A DNA stretch of 49,232 bases. Origin: a virus. Positions 1-7,172 of this stretch are shown here, one piece after another (within the stretch, counting starts at the first letter, position 1; each line of letters opens with the position of its first letter). Under the pieces are notes generated by a model that was not told the DNA's origin, searched no databases, and saw nothing but the letters and a program-made list of their open reading frames with translations. Both the position numbers and the translations under genes were made by a program. The stretch is taken from positions 1-49,232 of the IMG/VR virus record IMGVR_UViG_3300037484_000744. One strand, written 5' to 3'.

Positions 1-127
1 CCCTCCCTAACCCTGCACTTTGCCCAATGATTACCAACACCTACCAAGGCCCACATGCACAACCGTTTGGTGGTGCATTCGTTCATGCGCAACCGTTTGG
101 TTGCATATGTTCAGTGCCTGTGTTGCA
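1..127. repeat. Terminal direct repeat, left copy (identical to 49106..49232)
   Basis: Read base by base: ccctccctaaccctgcac...cagtgcctgtgttgca occurs as the first and the last 127 nt of the window. Confidence 0.95.
54..103. repeat. Two copies of a 20-nt dyad-symmetric motif CATGC(A/G)CAACCGTTTGGT(G/T)G, 30 nt apart
   Basis: 54-73 and 84-103 match at 18/20 positions. The second copy forms the inverted repeat GCAACC-gttt-GGTTGC. The pair is present again in the right terminal copy. Confidence 0.6.
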
Positions 128-266
128 GGGTGAAGGGGTGTTCAGGGGCCCGGGACACTGGACATCCGTTCATGTGAGGGGAGGGGGTGGGGCGTCACGA
201 CATGTAGGCAAAGTGCGGGAGGGCCTCCCACCGGACAAATTACGTGTGTATTTTTGACGGGGGGAC

Positions 267-295
267 TTGACTGTACGTACACCGGGGTTCATACT
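267..295 (+). promoter_or_regulatory. Candidate sigma70-like promoter TTGACT-17 nt-CATACT
   Basis: TTGACT at 267-272, a 17-nt spacer, then CATACT at 290-295. This would start transcription about at the ATG at 303 (leaderless). Host sigma specificity is unknown. Confidence 0.2.
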
Positions 296-302
296 GCTTC
301 TT

Positions 303-482
303 ATGACTAACGCACAACTCAAGGCGATCCGAGACTTGGCCCACGCGCAGCACGACGCAGGTGCCGCTAACGTGGTTGCGATCATCCGGACCGATCGCGG
401 CTTCGAAGTCCGCAAAGGTGGGAAGACCGTCGACATCGCCACCACGTGGGAGGGAGCCAATGAACTGGCTTCGTTCCTGTGA
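303..482 (+). CDS. Hypothetical small early protein (59 aa; alternative TTG start at 267)
   Basis: ORF 267..482 with an internal ATG at 303; GC3-rich codons; no family recognised. Confidence 0.45.
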   Translation: MTNAQLKAIRDLAHAQHDAGAANVVAIIRTDRGFEVRKGGKTVDIATTWEGANELASFL

Positions 483-562
483 TCTCGACCTCCCCGCAAA
501 TACCGCGTACGATTTTTCGAGATGCCCCTTGCACTGTTCGAACAGTGCGCTAGACTCTTCTC

Positions 563-802
563 ATGTCGAACGTGAAAGCAGTTACCTCGGTTGATCTGGC
601 GGATGGCGTGCTCGCGGTTCTCGCGGCAAACGACAAGGGCGGCCGTTGGGAGGTCTACACGGTGTCCGAGGGCCTAGAGATGTTCAGCCACTACGCCCGC
701 GGCGCCGAGGCCCGGCAGATCGCGGAACTGGCGTACGGTGCGGACCTGGTTGCTTTTGCGGCCGAGCGCACGGCGGACGCGGTGCACTTCGGACTCACAT
801 GA
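563..802 (+). CDS. Hypothetical protein (79 aa)
   Basis: ORF with ATG start; its stop overlaps the next start as ATGA at 799-802. Confidence 0.55.
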   Translation: MSNVKAVTSVDLADGVLAVLAANDKGGRWEVYTVSEGLEMFSHYARGAEARQIAELAYGADLVAFAAERTADAVHFGLT

Positions 803-1173
803 AAAGGCGCCTGCGGGATGTGCTGGCGATCACGACGATCGCCAGCTACCGGTACGGCGGCGGTTTTCGGGCGAGCGGCTGGTGCGAGTCCGAGAGCTGG
901 CTTTTCGCTGTGTGGGAAACGAAGGAATGGGGCAGGGTGCAGTGGGCATACCAGGCCAAACGCCGGGACCCTGCACCCAACGTGGAAGGGAACCCGGAGC
1001 CGTTCACCACGCTGCACGCCGCTCGCGTGCGGCTCTGCCATGCGGCCATGGTGGTCGCGGGCGCCATGTCCGCGGACGGAATGCAGCGCCGAACATCGCG
1101 TTTGCGCTTCATGCGCGATAAAAAAGCCTTAACGTATCGCGTGCTCCCGTGGCAGTGGGAGCACGACCCCTGA
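799..1173 (+). CDS. Hypothetical protein (124 aa)
   Basis: Internal ATG of ORF 646..1173, coupled to the upstream stop by ATGA; the longer N-terminal extension is Arg/Gly-rich and looks non-coding. Confidence 0.5.
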   Translation: MKRRLRDVLAITTIASYRYGGGFRASGWCESESWLFAVWETKEWGRVQWAYQAKRRDPAPNVEGNPEPFTTLHAARVRLCHAAMVVAGAMSADGMQRRTSRLRFMRDKKALTYRVLPWQWEHDP

Positions 1174-1258
1174 ACGGATGTTCTGTTTTGCCACGGGGCC
1201 CCCGCCCGCGCCCTGCCCCGCCGCTACAAGCCGCGGGGCTTGCGGCGTTGGAGGACAC

Positions 1259-1963
1259 ATGATCGAAATCAAGCAACGGCACACTGGCACTGTTCTGCAC
1301 ACGGTTGGCGCGGATAACCTCCGCGGGGCGGACCTCCGCGGCGCGGACCTCCGCGGCGCGGACCTCGAAGGCGCGTACCTCCGCGGCGCGGACCTCGAAG
1401 GCGCGAACCTCGAAGGCGCGAACCTCCGCGACGCGTACCTCCGCGGCGCGAACCTCCGCGACGCGTACCTCCGCGGCGCGTACCTCCGCGGCGCGAACCT
1501 CCGCGACGCGTACCTCCGCGACGCGGACCTCCGCGGCGCGTACCTCCGCGACGCGTACCTCGAAGGCGCGTACCTCGAAGGCGCGTACCTCCGCGACGCG
1601 GACCTCCGCGACGCGGACCTCAGCGACACGTCGGCCTTGGCTGTGGCTGTGGCGTTCGCGATTGAACCGGACCCCGCCCGTGCGGCGGCCGTGCTCGCAC
1701 AAATCACGGAACACCCGGAGACGTGGCAACAAGACACGTGGCACAGTGCATGCGGTACGCGGCACTGCGTCGCCGGCTGGACCGTTACGTTGGGCGGCGC
1801 GCGGGGTAAGACGCTGGAGGCGTTGCTAGGCACCGCGACAGCGGCGGCGATTTTGCTTGCGGTGCCTGGGGTTGAGCTGCCGTCGTTTAAGTCAGACGCC
1901 ACGGACGACGAGACGATCGGGCGCTTGCGTGCGATTGCGGCAACGGTTGGGGGTGCGCCGTGA
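1259..1963 (+). CDS. Pentapeptide-repeat protein (21 consecutive A(D/N/Y)L(R/E)(G/D) units) with a Cys/Trp-containing C-terminal domain
   Basis: GGAGGA precedes the ATG at 1259. Residues 18-122 are an uninterrupted pentapeptide repeat ([25 protein letters not shown] ...). The C-terminus carries [23 protein letters not shown]. Confidence 0.85.
   Translation: MIEIKQRHTGTVLHTVGADNLRGADLRGADLRGADLEGAYLRGADLEGANLEGANLRDAYLRGANLRDAYLRGAYLRGANLRDAYLRDADLRGAYLRDAYLEGAYLEGAYLRDADLRDADLSDTSALAVAVAFAIEPDPARAAAVLAQITEHPETWQQDTWHSACGTRHCVAGWTVTLGGARGKTLEALLGTATAAAILLAVPGVELPSFKSDATDDETIGRLRAIAATVGGAP
1310..1624 (+). repeat. Tandem 15-nt coding repeat (gacctccgcggcgcg-type units) encoding the pentapeptide repeats
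   Basis: Near-identical 15-nt units are visible directly in the DNA. They generate spurious long ORFs in other frames and on the opposite strand. Confidence 0.9.
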
Positions 1964-2157
1964 GCACGGGTTACGTCACGATTCGGCCGTTCTCCTTTCG
2001 GCTCATACACTGGGAAGTGAAACCGGACACGCAGTGGCACCCCGAGAGTCAGCACATTGGACCGAAGTGGGAAGTGTTTTACTTCCTGTTCGAAGTGATG
2101 TGCCGCGTGTTCGTCGACGGGGTGCGATTTCACGACCCACACGCAAAGGAAGCATGA
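1960..2157 (+). CDS. Hypothetical protein (65 aa), locally lower G+C
   Basis: GTG start overlapping the upstream TGA (GTGA); stop overlaps the next ATG (ATGA). Confidence 0.45.
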   Translation: MSTGYVTIRPFSFRLIHWEVKPDTQWHPESQHIGPKWEVFYFLFEVMCRVFVDGVRFHDPHAKEA

Positions 2158-2447
2158 TCCCAACACAGTACCCCAAGTGCACCGTCTGCAGCGGCACCGG
2201 CGCCAGGCCCATGGCCTCGGCGTACGAGGTCCCCAAACGCTGCAAAGCTTGCCGCGGTCACGGGCGTCTAGTGCCCACGGCTGACACCCGTGTCGCGCGC
2301 AAGGAGCGCGGCCTGCGCTGCTTCACGCTGTGGCTTGCCGCGGAAGACGCTGCGGCGCTGGACGAGTTGCGTGACGCGCTAGGCTCCCATGCGGAAGGCG
2401 TCCGGGCCCTCGTGGCCTTTTGGAGAAAGAAGCGGCCTCGCAAATGA
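2154..2447 (+). CDS. Small protein with a DnaJ-type zinc-finger pair (CTVCSGTG ... CKACRGHG)
   Basis: ATGA coupling at 2154; two CxxCxGxG motifs at residues 9-37; alpha-helical C-terminal half. Confidence 0.6.
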   Translation: MIPTQYPKCTVCSGTGARPMASAYEVPKRCKACRGHGRLVPTADTRVARKERGLRCFTLWLAAEDAAALDELRDALGSHAEGVRALVAFWRKKRPRK

Positions 2448-2665
2448 ACAAGGACGAACGACTAGTCTGGAGCACGCGGCGCCGCGTGCACACGGCGGAA
2501 GACCGTTTTCGCAAAGAACAAGCTTTGCTTAACGCGGCGGTCACGCGTCTGCGCCAGCGTGGCACCTGCACGCACCCGCGCACGCACGCGGGGTTCACAG
2601 GCGGACCCACTTACATGCGGTGCAGCGTGTGCGGCGTTGCCGTGCGAAAGTTGGTGGCGAAATGA
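2444..2665 (+). CDS. Hypothetical protein (73 aa) with a C-terminal Cys/His cluster
   Basis: ATGA coupling at both ends; CTHPRTH...CSVC. Confidence 0.5.
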   Translation: MNKDERLVWSTRRRVHTAEDRFRKEQALLNAAVTRLRQRGTCTHPRTHAGFTGGPTYMRCSVCGVAVRKLVAK

Positions 2666-3285
2666 CGGACGAACAAATCGAACTGCTGCACCAGATTACG
2701 AACCTGGACGCGTTCTGCTTCGCGATCCTAGATGACAACAACGTGCTGTCCGGGAGGCAGGTTGCGCAGATCGCCACCGCGCGAAACCTGTGGGGGCTCG
2801 TCACGAAGACCACCGGGACGAACATCCGCAACGCATGGGTGGACGCGCGGCGCGGCGTGCGCGCGCAGATGTCCGCGCCGGGTGCCGAGGCCGAGGCGAC
2901 ACCCGAGCCGGAGGATCTGATCGCGCGCGTGGAGGGCATGCTTGAATCCGCCGTTGCCACCGGCGACGCGCGCACGTTGGAAGGCGTCACGCGCGCGTTG
3001 AAGGTACTCAAAGACATTGTCACCAAGAAGCCTGCCGCTGCGAACACCGAAGACTGGCAACGGCTCACGCCGAACGAGCGCGACGCGATCACCATGCTCA
3101 CGGACAAGCTCAACGGTCGGCCGCTCACGGATGACGGGCTGTGGTGGGTGGCGTTCCTGGCGAGCGCGCCCCCGCCCCCGGTGCACACGCATCCCGCGCA
3201 CGCGCCCCTCCCGCCCACCGCGCGCACGCCTTTGCTGGGCATTCCCGCGCCGGCATTGACGGCCGCGGAGACCGTGCCAAAGTAG
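2662..3285 (+). CDS. Hypothetical protein (207 aa); weak candidate for the small terminase subunit
   Basis: ATGA-coupled start. It has an N-terminal helical segment, a central coiled-coil-like region and a Pro-rich tail. No TerS motif was recognised, so the call rests only on size and architecture. Confidence 0.5.
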   Translation: MTDEQIELLHQITNLDAFCFAILDDNNVLSGRQVAQIATARNLWGLVTKTTGTNIRNAWVDARRGVRAQMSAPGAEAEATPEPEDLIARVEGMLESAVATGDARTLEGVTRALKVLKDIVTKKPAAANTEDWQRLTPNERDAITMLTDKLNGRPLTDDGLWWVAFLASAPPPPVHTHPAHAPLPPTARTPLLGIPAPALTAAETVPK

Positions 3286-3292
3286 GGTCACC

Positions 3293-3556
3293 ATGCAAGC
3301 CAAAATGGTAACGTTTCTGAAGTACGTCCTCGCTGCGGCGCTGGCATCCATCACACCGGCCGCGCTGCAGGAACTCGGCGCGCCGGCAACGCTGCACGCC
3401 CTGATCATGGCAGGCATCGGCGCCGCGCTGATTCACCTGCGCACGCCCGGCACCGCCAAGCCCAAGTCCCTGGAGGCCGAGTACGCCACGGGTTACGCGG
3501 ACGGACAGTCGGACGCGAGTGAGGGCATCGACGCGTCGCCGGAGAGCCGCTCGTGA
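3293..3556 (+). CDS. Holin-like membrane protein (two predicted TM helices, charged C-terminus)
   Basis: Hydrophobic stretches VTFLKYVLAAALASITPAAL and ATLHALIMAGIGAALIHL; lies directly upstream of the lipoprotein and endolysin genes. Confidence 0.55.
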   Translation: MQAKMVTFLKYVLAAALASITPAALQELGAPATLHALIMAGIGAALIHLRTPGTAKPKSLEAEYATGYADGQSDASEGIDASPESRS

Positions 3557-3816
3557 GAGCCACCCCCTGGACGCGTCGCCGCGTGTCAATGCCGCGCACG
3601 GATCTAAGCGCCGTGTCGGCGCTGGCGTTCGCAATGCTGCTCGGGTGCGCCGCGTTGTTTGGGCCGGACGCGGACGCCGCGGACGCCATCATCACCGGCG
3701 CCAAGGCGCAGGATACTTTCTGTGCGGCGTACGCGCTCAACCCGGAATTGGTGCCGGCGGAGAAGCGCAAGGCGGTGGATGCCGTGTGCCGCGTGCATTG
3801 TGAGGCGCGGCCGTGA
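3553..3816 (+). CDS. Lipoprotein (lipobox LLGC), outer-membrane spanin-like
   Basis: GTGA-coupled start; signal peptide ending AFAMLLGC; short mature part with 3 further Cys; lysis-cassette position. Confidence 0.5.
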   Translation: MRATPWTRRRVSMPRTDLSAVSALAFAMLLGCAALFGPDADAADAIITGAKAQDTFCAAYALNPELVPAEKRKAVDAVCRVHCEARP

Positions 3817-3929
3817 CGGAAGCGGCCGTTAGCCGTCGCGTCCGCGCGTGGTTTTGGTTGGCGCGCCGGCTGCATCGCGCGTCACTGTGGTGTTCGGATC
3901 GCGGGCGTTGGGCGAAGGGAAACTCATGA
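3813..3929 (+). CDS. Possible 38-aa cationic Trp/Arg-rich peptide in the lysis cassette
   Basis: Below the ORF-track size cutoff. GTG overlaps the upstream TGA (GTGA) and its TGA overlaps the endolysin ATG (ATGA). Translation: VTEAAVSRRVRAWFWLARRLHRASLWCSDRGRWAKGNS. Confidence 0.3.
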   Translation: MTEAAVSRRVRAWFWLARRLHRASLWCSDRGRWAKGNS

Positions 3930-4633
3930 GCAAAGACTTCACCGGCGTCATTCGCGGCGCCACACCAGCGGGCACGGAGCGGATCAAGGTGGCGCAACGC
4001 AGGCTCGGTGTGGTTGACGACGGCGCGCTCGGGCCCGTCACCATCTCGTCCCTTCTGTACGCGTTGGCGGACATCCTGCCGGAGGCCGAGCAGCCTACGC
4101 AGCCGGCCACGCCGCGCGCCATGTCGGAAGCCGAGGCGCGCGCCCGCGTGGTGGCGTGGGCCCTCGCGCGCGTGGGCGAGTTGGACCCCGTCACCGAGGT
4201 GTGGCCGGGGATTTGTGACGATTTCGCGGTGCCGGCGTGCCGGCACACCAAAGCTTGGTGCGGCGGTTTCGTGCTGCGTGCGTGGCGGGACAACCTGCCG
4301 GGCTGCGCGGGTTGGAAGTGGGATGGGGGCTTCGCGTTGCAGTATGGCGTGAAACGCGTAGGTACGCCGGACGCGGGGGACCTTCGCATCAGCCAGTACG
4401 TGGAGCCGTACTACGACGCGCGCGGGTACCTCATCCGCCCAGCTGATGCGAGCGTGCAGATCTGGCACCACAGCTTGGTCACACGCGTGCGCGGCGACGG
4501 GAATTTGGACACCGTGGACGGCAACACCCTGCAGGGGTTCCGCAACGGGAAGCAACTCGAAGGTGTGACCACGCGCACCGTGCCGATCATCGGCACCGGC
4601 GTTGCGTACTACAGCATGGCCGCTTACGTGTGA
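3926..4633 (+). CDS. Endolysin: PG_binding_1-like domain plus NlpC/P60-CHAP-like (TIGR02594-like) amidase domain
   Basis: IKVAQRRLGVVDDGALGPVTISSL resembles the peptidoglycan-binding repeat. AWCGGFV ... HH ... DTVDGN resembles the Cys-His peptidase core. ATG at 3926 lies inside ORF 3848..4633. Confidence 0.75.
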   Translation: MSKDFTGVIRGATPAGTERIKVAQRRLGVVDDGALGPVTISSLLYALADILPEAEQPTQPATPRAMSEAEARARVVAWALARVGELDPVTEVWPGICDDFAVPACRHTKAWCGGFVLRAWRDNLPGCAGWKWDGGFALQYGVKRVGTPDAGDLRISQYVEPYYDARGYLIRPADASVQIWHHSLVTRVRGDGNLDTVDGNTLQGFRNGKQLEGVTTRTVPIIGTGVAYYSMAAYV

Positions 4634-4641
4634 GACGCCGC

Positions 4642-4782
4642 ATGCGGACCCGTCGCCAGCGCGTTCGTAGCATCCTAGCAACTGCCGCACGCGCCGCGAT
4701 CGAGTGCATGCGCGAGGGGCGCCCATACCGCGCGGCCGTGATGCGCTGGCGCCGGCTGCGCGCCGCGTTCGGTGCGACGTGA
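4642..4782 (+). CDS. Possible 46-aa Arg-rich protein
   Basis: ATG..TGA ORF below the track cutoff (MRTRRQRVRSILATAARAAIECMREGRPYRAAVMRWRRLRAAFGAT); no RBS seen. Confidence 0.2.
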   Translation: MRTRRQRVRSILATAARAAIECMREGRPYRAAVMRWRRLRAAFGAT

Positions 4783-4903
4783 CGCGTCCGCGCGGGCCTA
4801 GATACAGTGCGACGGATGCTGCTCGCATTGTGGCGGGGCTTGCAGTATTATGTGCAGTGGCGTGCGTCGAAGTGGCACGCGTGTTCAGAAAGAAGGAGAC
4901 CAA

Positions 4904-5605
4904 ATGCCGGAAACGAAAAAGACCCGCGTGCGAGTGACCGCCATTCACCCTAAAGACTCTAACCCCGCGCATGAGGTGGGAGACGTGCGGGAAGTAGACT
5001 TGTACGACCCCGAGGGAGACAATGACGTTGACACTTCGGAAAGTGTGGTGCTGTCCTCATCATGGGGTACACCGTGGGTGGTACTGAGGGCGCACCCGCA
5101 TAAGAGAAATGCGGTGGACACCTTCTGCCAAGTGGAGGTGCTGGATACTGATGAGGAGGCAGCGCCCGCATCGGCGGTCCCGATCTTCATGTCGACCGAC
5201 TCAGCGGATCGCAAGCTATGCCCCGTCACGACCGGCTTCCTTGGTTATTTCCCCGACGCGGCTATGTGCGTCGCGTTCGTGAGCTACAACGGAAACCAAA
5301 AGCACAATCCCGGCGAGCCGCTCCACTGGGCCAAGGAGAAATCGAGCGACGAGAAAGACGCCGAAGCACGCCACATGCTGGACGCGCTGCGCGGGCTCCC
5401 GCCCGACCCGGGGCTAGAGCGCCTGGGAAACCTATGTCACCTAGCAAGCAAAGCTTGGCGTGCGATGGCAGACCTGCAGCGCGCTTGTGACGTGGAGCGC
5501 GCGGCGTACACCAAGGCGCAGCGTGCGGCGCCGTTGCGCGCGGACTTCGAGACGGGGCGCGTGGCGTTACATTCGTGCGACGCGTGCGCCCGCGCCGGGA
5601 TGTAA
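4904..5605 (+). CDS. Protein with a C-terminal dATP/dGTP diphosphohydrolase-like (DUF5664-like) domain; unknown N-terminal domain
   Basis: Strong RBS AAGGAGACC precedes the ATG at 4904. The motif YFPDAAMCVAFVSYNGNQKHNPGEPLHWAKEKSSDEKDAEARH matches my memory of that family. The stop abuts the TerL ATG (TAAATG). Confidence 0.5.
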   Translation: MPETKKTRVRVTAIHPKDSNPAHEVGDVREVDLYDPEGDNDVDTSESVVLSSSWGTPWVVLRAHPHKRNAVDTFCQVEVLDTDEEAAPASAVPIFMSTDSADRKLCPVTTGFLGYFPDAAMCVAFVSYNGNQKHNPGEPLHWAKEKSSDEKDAEARHMLDALRGLPPDPGLERLGNLCHLASKAWRAMADLQRACDVERAAYTKAQRAAPLRADFETGRVALHSCDACARAGM

Positions 5606-7165
5606 ATGCCTACCGCTTTCACCGTTCCTTTGCCCGACGGCTCCCAGTGGCGCGCGCCTACGCTCGCGTCCGCCGATCGGGAGCGCGTGCGATGGGGCGG
5701 CTTCGAGGCGTTTTGCAAGATGGCGATCCCACACGTGCCGGGCGTGAAGGGATCGCCGCTGTGGAACTGGCACATGTCAGAAGTGTGCGCGCACTTCCAA
5801 GCGCTGTATGAGGACAGGTGCAGTGAGTTGGTGGTTAACGTGCCGCCCGGCCACATCAAGTCGACCATCAAATCGGTACTCGGGCCCGCGTGGATTTGGA
5901 CGTTGGATCCCGCGTACCAATTCATGATCGCGACGTACGATGACACGCTCTCTCGGAGGTTCGCAGAGTACACGATCGCCGTGTGCCGCTCGCCTTGGTA
6001 CGTGGAGCGATGGGGAGAGATCCTGCGCCCCGTCACCAACCAACAGGAATTCTACACGTACAAGTCCGGGTTGCGGTTCGGATCCACGCTCAAAGGCAAG
6101 GGCGTTGGCCGGCACGCCAACATGTACATGCTGGATGACCCAAACAAGCCTTTGACTGCGGAGAGCGCGGTGGATGGCAAGTTGGGCGCAGAGCTGAAGC
6201 AGACGAACGATGCTATTCAATCCAGCGTACTCACGCGCGCGCGGCCGGGCGAGCCGCTCCGACTTGTGGTTGCGCAACAGCGCGTACACGAGGAAGACGC
6301 GAGCGGGTTCCTGCTGGAGTCCCTAAGTAGCACGCGAGGCTTCGTCCACCTCATGCTCCCGCACAAGTTCGAGCCCGAGCGCCGTTGCGTGACGCCATTC
6401 GGCGGGGACCGGCGGCAACGTGCCGGTGAGTTGCTGTGGCCCATCCAAGAGGGCGCGGCGGAGAAAGTTGTGCGGTTGAAAGGTGGGTGGCATGGGACCA
6501 TCGCGCGCAACATGTACCAGCAAGATCCGCGCGGTGGTTCCGATCGCGTCTTCCACGCGAGCACGTTCAAGCGCTTCGACCCCAAGCGTCGGCCGCTGGC
6601 GCGCTGCTTCTCGTGCCTCTCGATCGACCCAACGTTCACGGACTCCGCGCGCTCGGACTACGTGGCGATGGAAGTGTGGGGTTTCGATGACGGGGACTTC
6701 CTGTGCTTCTACTCCGAAAACGTCCGGCGCACGTTCAATGAAACGCTAGGCGCGATCATCGAACTGCGGCGCGCGTGGAACGTGGACAACATTTTGATTG
6801 AGCAAGCGGCCAACGGCGCGGCGATCATTGACACGCTGCAACCGCTGATCCCTGGGATCGTGGTGTGCGAGCCGCGCGGTAAGAAGGTCATGCGCGCGCG
6901 AGCCGCGTCGCACCACTTCACCGCGGGCAATGTGTACTTTGCCGAGGGTGACGGGTGCGAGTGGTACGAGGATAAAGCGCGCAACCTGGTGCGCTTCCCC
7001 GGCGGGCGGCATGATGACGACGTGGACACCACATCTCAGGCGGTCTTGTGGCTGGCTTCCCAGTACGCGCTAGACGAAAGCTTCGTGGAAGCTTCAGACG
7101 CGTGGCGGAACGAGAGGCAATCCCTAGGGGCCCGGCTAAATGACCCGCTCGGTTTGCTAAGGTAG
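5606..7165 (+). CDS. terL: Terminase large subunit (Terminase_6-like)
   Basis: Walker A-like VPPGHIKST; Walker B MYMLDDP; C-terminal nuclease motifs SIDPTF, IEQAANG and GRHDDDVDT. Confidence 0.9.
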   Translation: MPTAFTVPLPDGSQWRAPTLASADRERVRWGGFEAFCKMAIPHVPGVKGSPLWNWHMSEVCAHFQALYEDRCSELVVNVPPGHIKSTIKSVLGPAWIWTLDPAYQFMIATYDDTLSRRFAEYTIAVCRSPWYVERWGEILRPVTNQQEFYTYKSGLRFGSTLKGKGVGRHANMYMLDDPNKPLTAESAVDGKLGAELKQTNDAIQSSVLTRARPGEPLRLVVAQQRVHEEDASGFLLESLSSTRGFVHLMLPHKFEPERRCVTPFGGDRRQRAGELLWPIQEGAAEKVVRLKGGWHGTIARNMYQQDPRGGSDRVFHASTFKRFDPKRRPLARCFSCLSIDPTFTDSARSDYVAMEVWGFDDGDFLCFYSENVRRTFNETLGAIIELRRAWNVDNILIEQAANGAAIIDTLQPLIPGIVVCEPRGKKVMRARAASHHFTAGNVYFAEGDGCEWYEDKARNLVRFPGGRHDDDVDTTSQAVLWLASQYALDESFVEASDAWRNERQSLGARLNDPLGLLR

Positions 7166-7172
7166 TGGCACC

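Noticed and set aside
1-15. CCCTCCCTAACCCT at the very start resembles telomeric CCCTAA repeats
   Set aside because: Only about two imperfect units are present, with no hairpin-telomere or protelomerase gene. It is most likely coincidence.
27-257. ORF 27..257 (76 aa) starting inside the terminal repeat
   Set aside because: Gly/Pro/His-rich low-complexity translation with no RBS. It overlaps the dyad repeats and lies in a region better explained as regulatory DNA.
1310-1624. Regular short repeats that could be mistaken for a CRISPR array
   Set aside because: The units are 15 nt, contiguous with no spacers, in frame within a CDS, and there are no cas genes.
1109-2166. Long ORFs on the minus strand (1109..1765, 1129..2166) and in another plus frame (1305..1829) across the pentapeptide-repeat gene
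   Set aside because: They are translations of the same 15-nt tandem repeat in other frames (EVRVA..., RTSAA... repeats). Only the frame giving A(D/N)LxG pentapeptides has an RBS, a sensible N-terminus and a globular C-terminal domain.
4821-4851. TATTAT at 4846-4851 as the -10 box of a promoter for the packaging operon
   Set aside because: There is no acceptable -35 hexamer at 16-18 nt spacing and no extended -10 TG. Host promoter rules are also unknown.
3737-4972. 411-aa minus-strand ORF opposite the endolysin region. Similar long antisense or alternative-frame ORFs occur at 12276..13257, 13425..14435, 17061..17882, 19136..20545, 28693..29505, 29563..30591, 34563..35489, 36125..36964, 37285..38229, 39046..39798, 45343..46284 and 46254..47117.
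   Set aside because: These are typical GC-rich shadow ORFs. Their translations are dominated by Arg, Ala, Pro, Ser and Gly, they lack RBS or start-stop coupling, and each overlaps a gene with clear family motifs on the other strand or frame.
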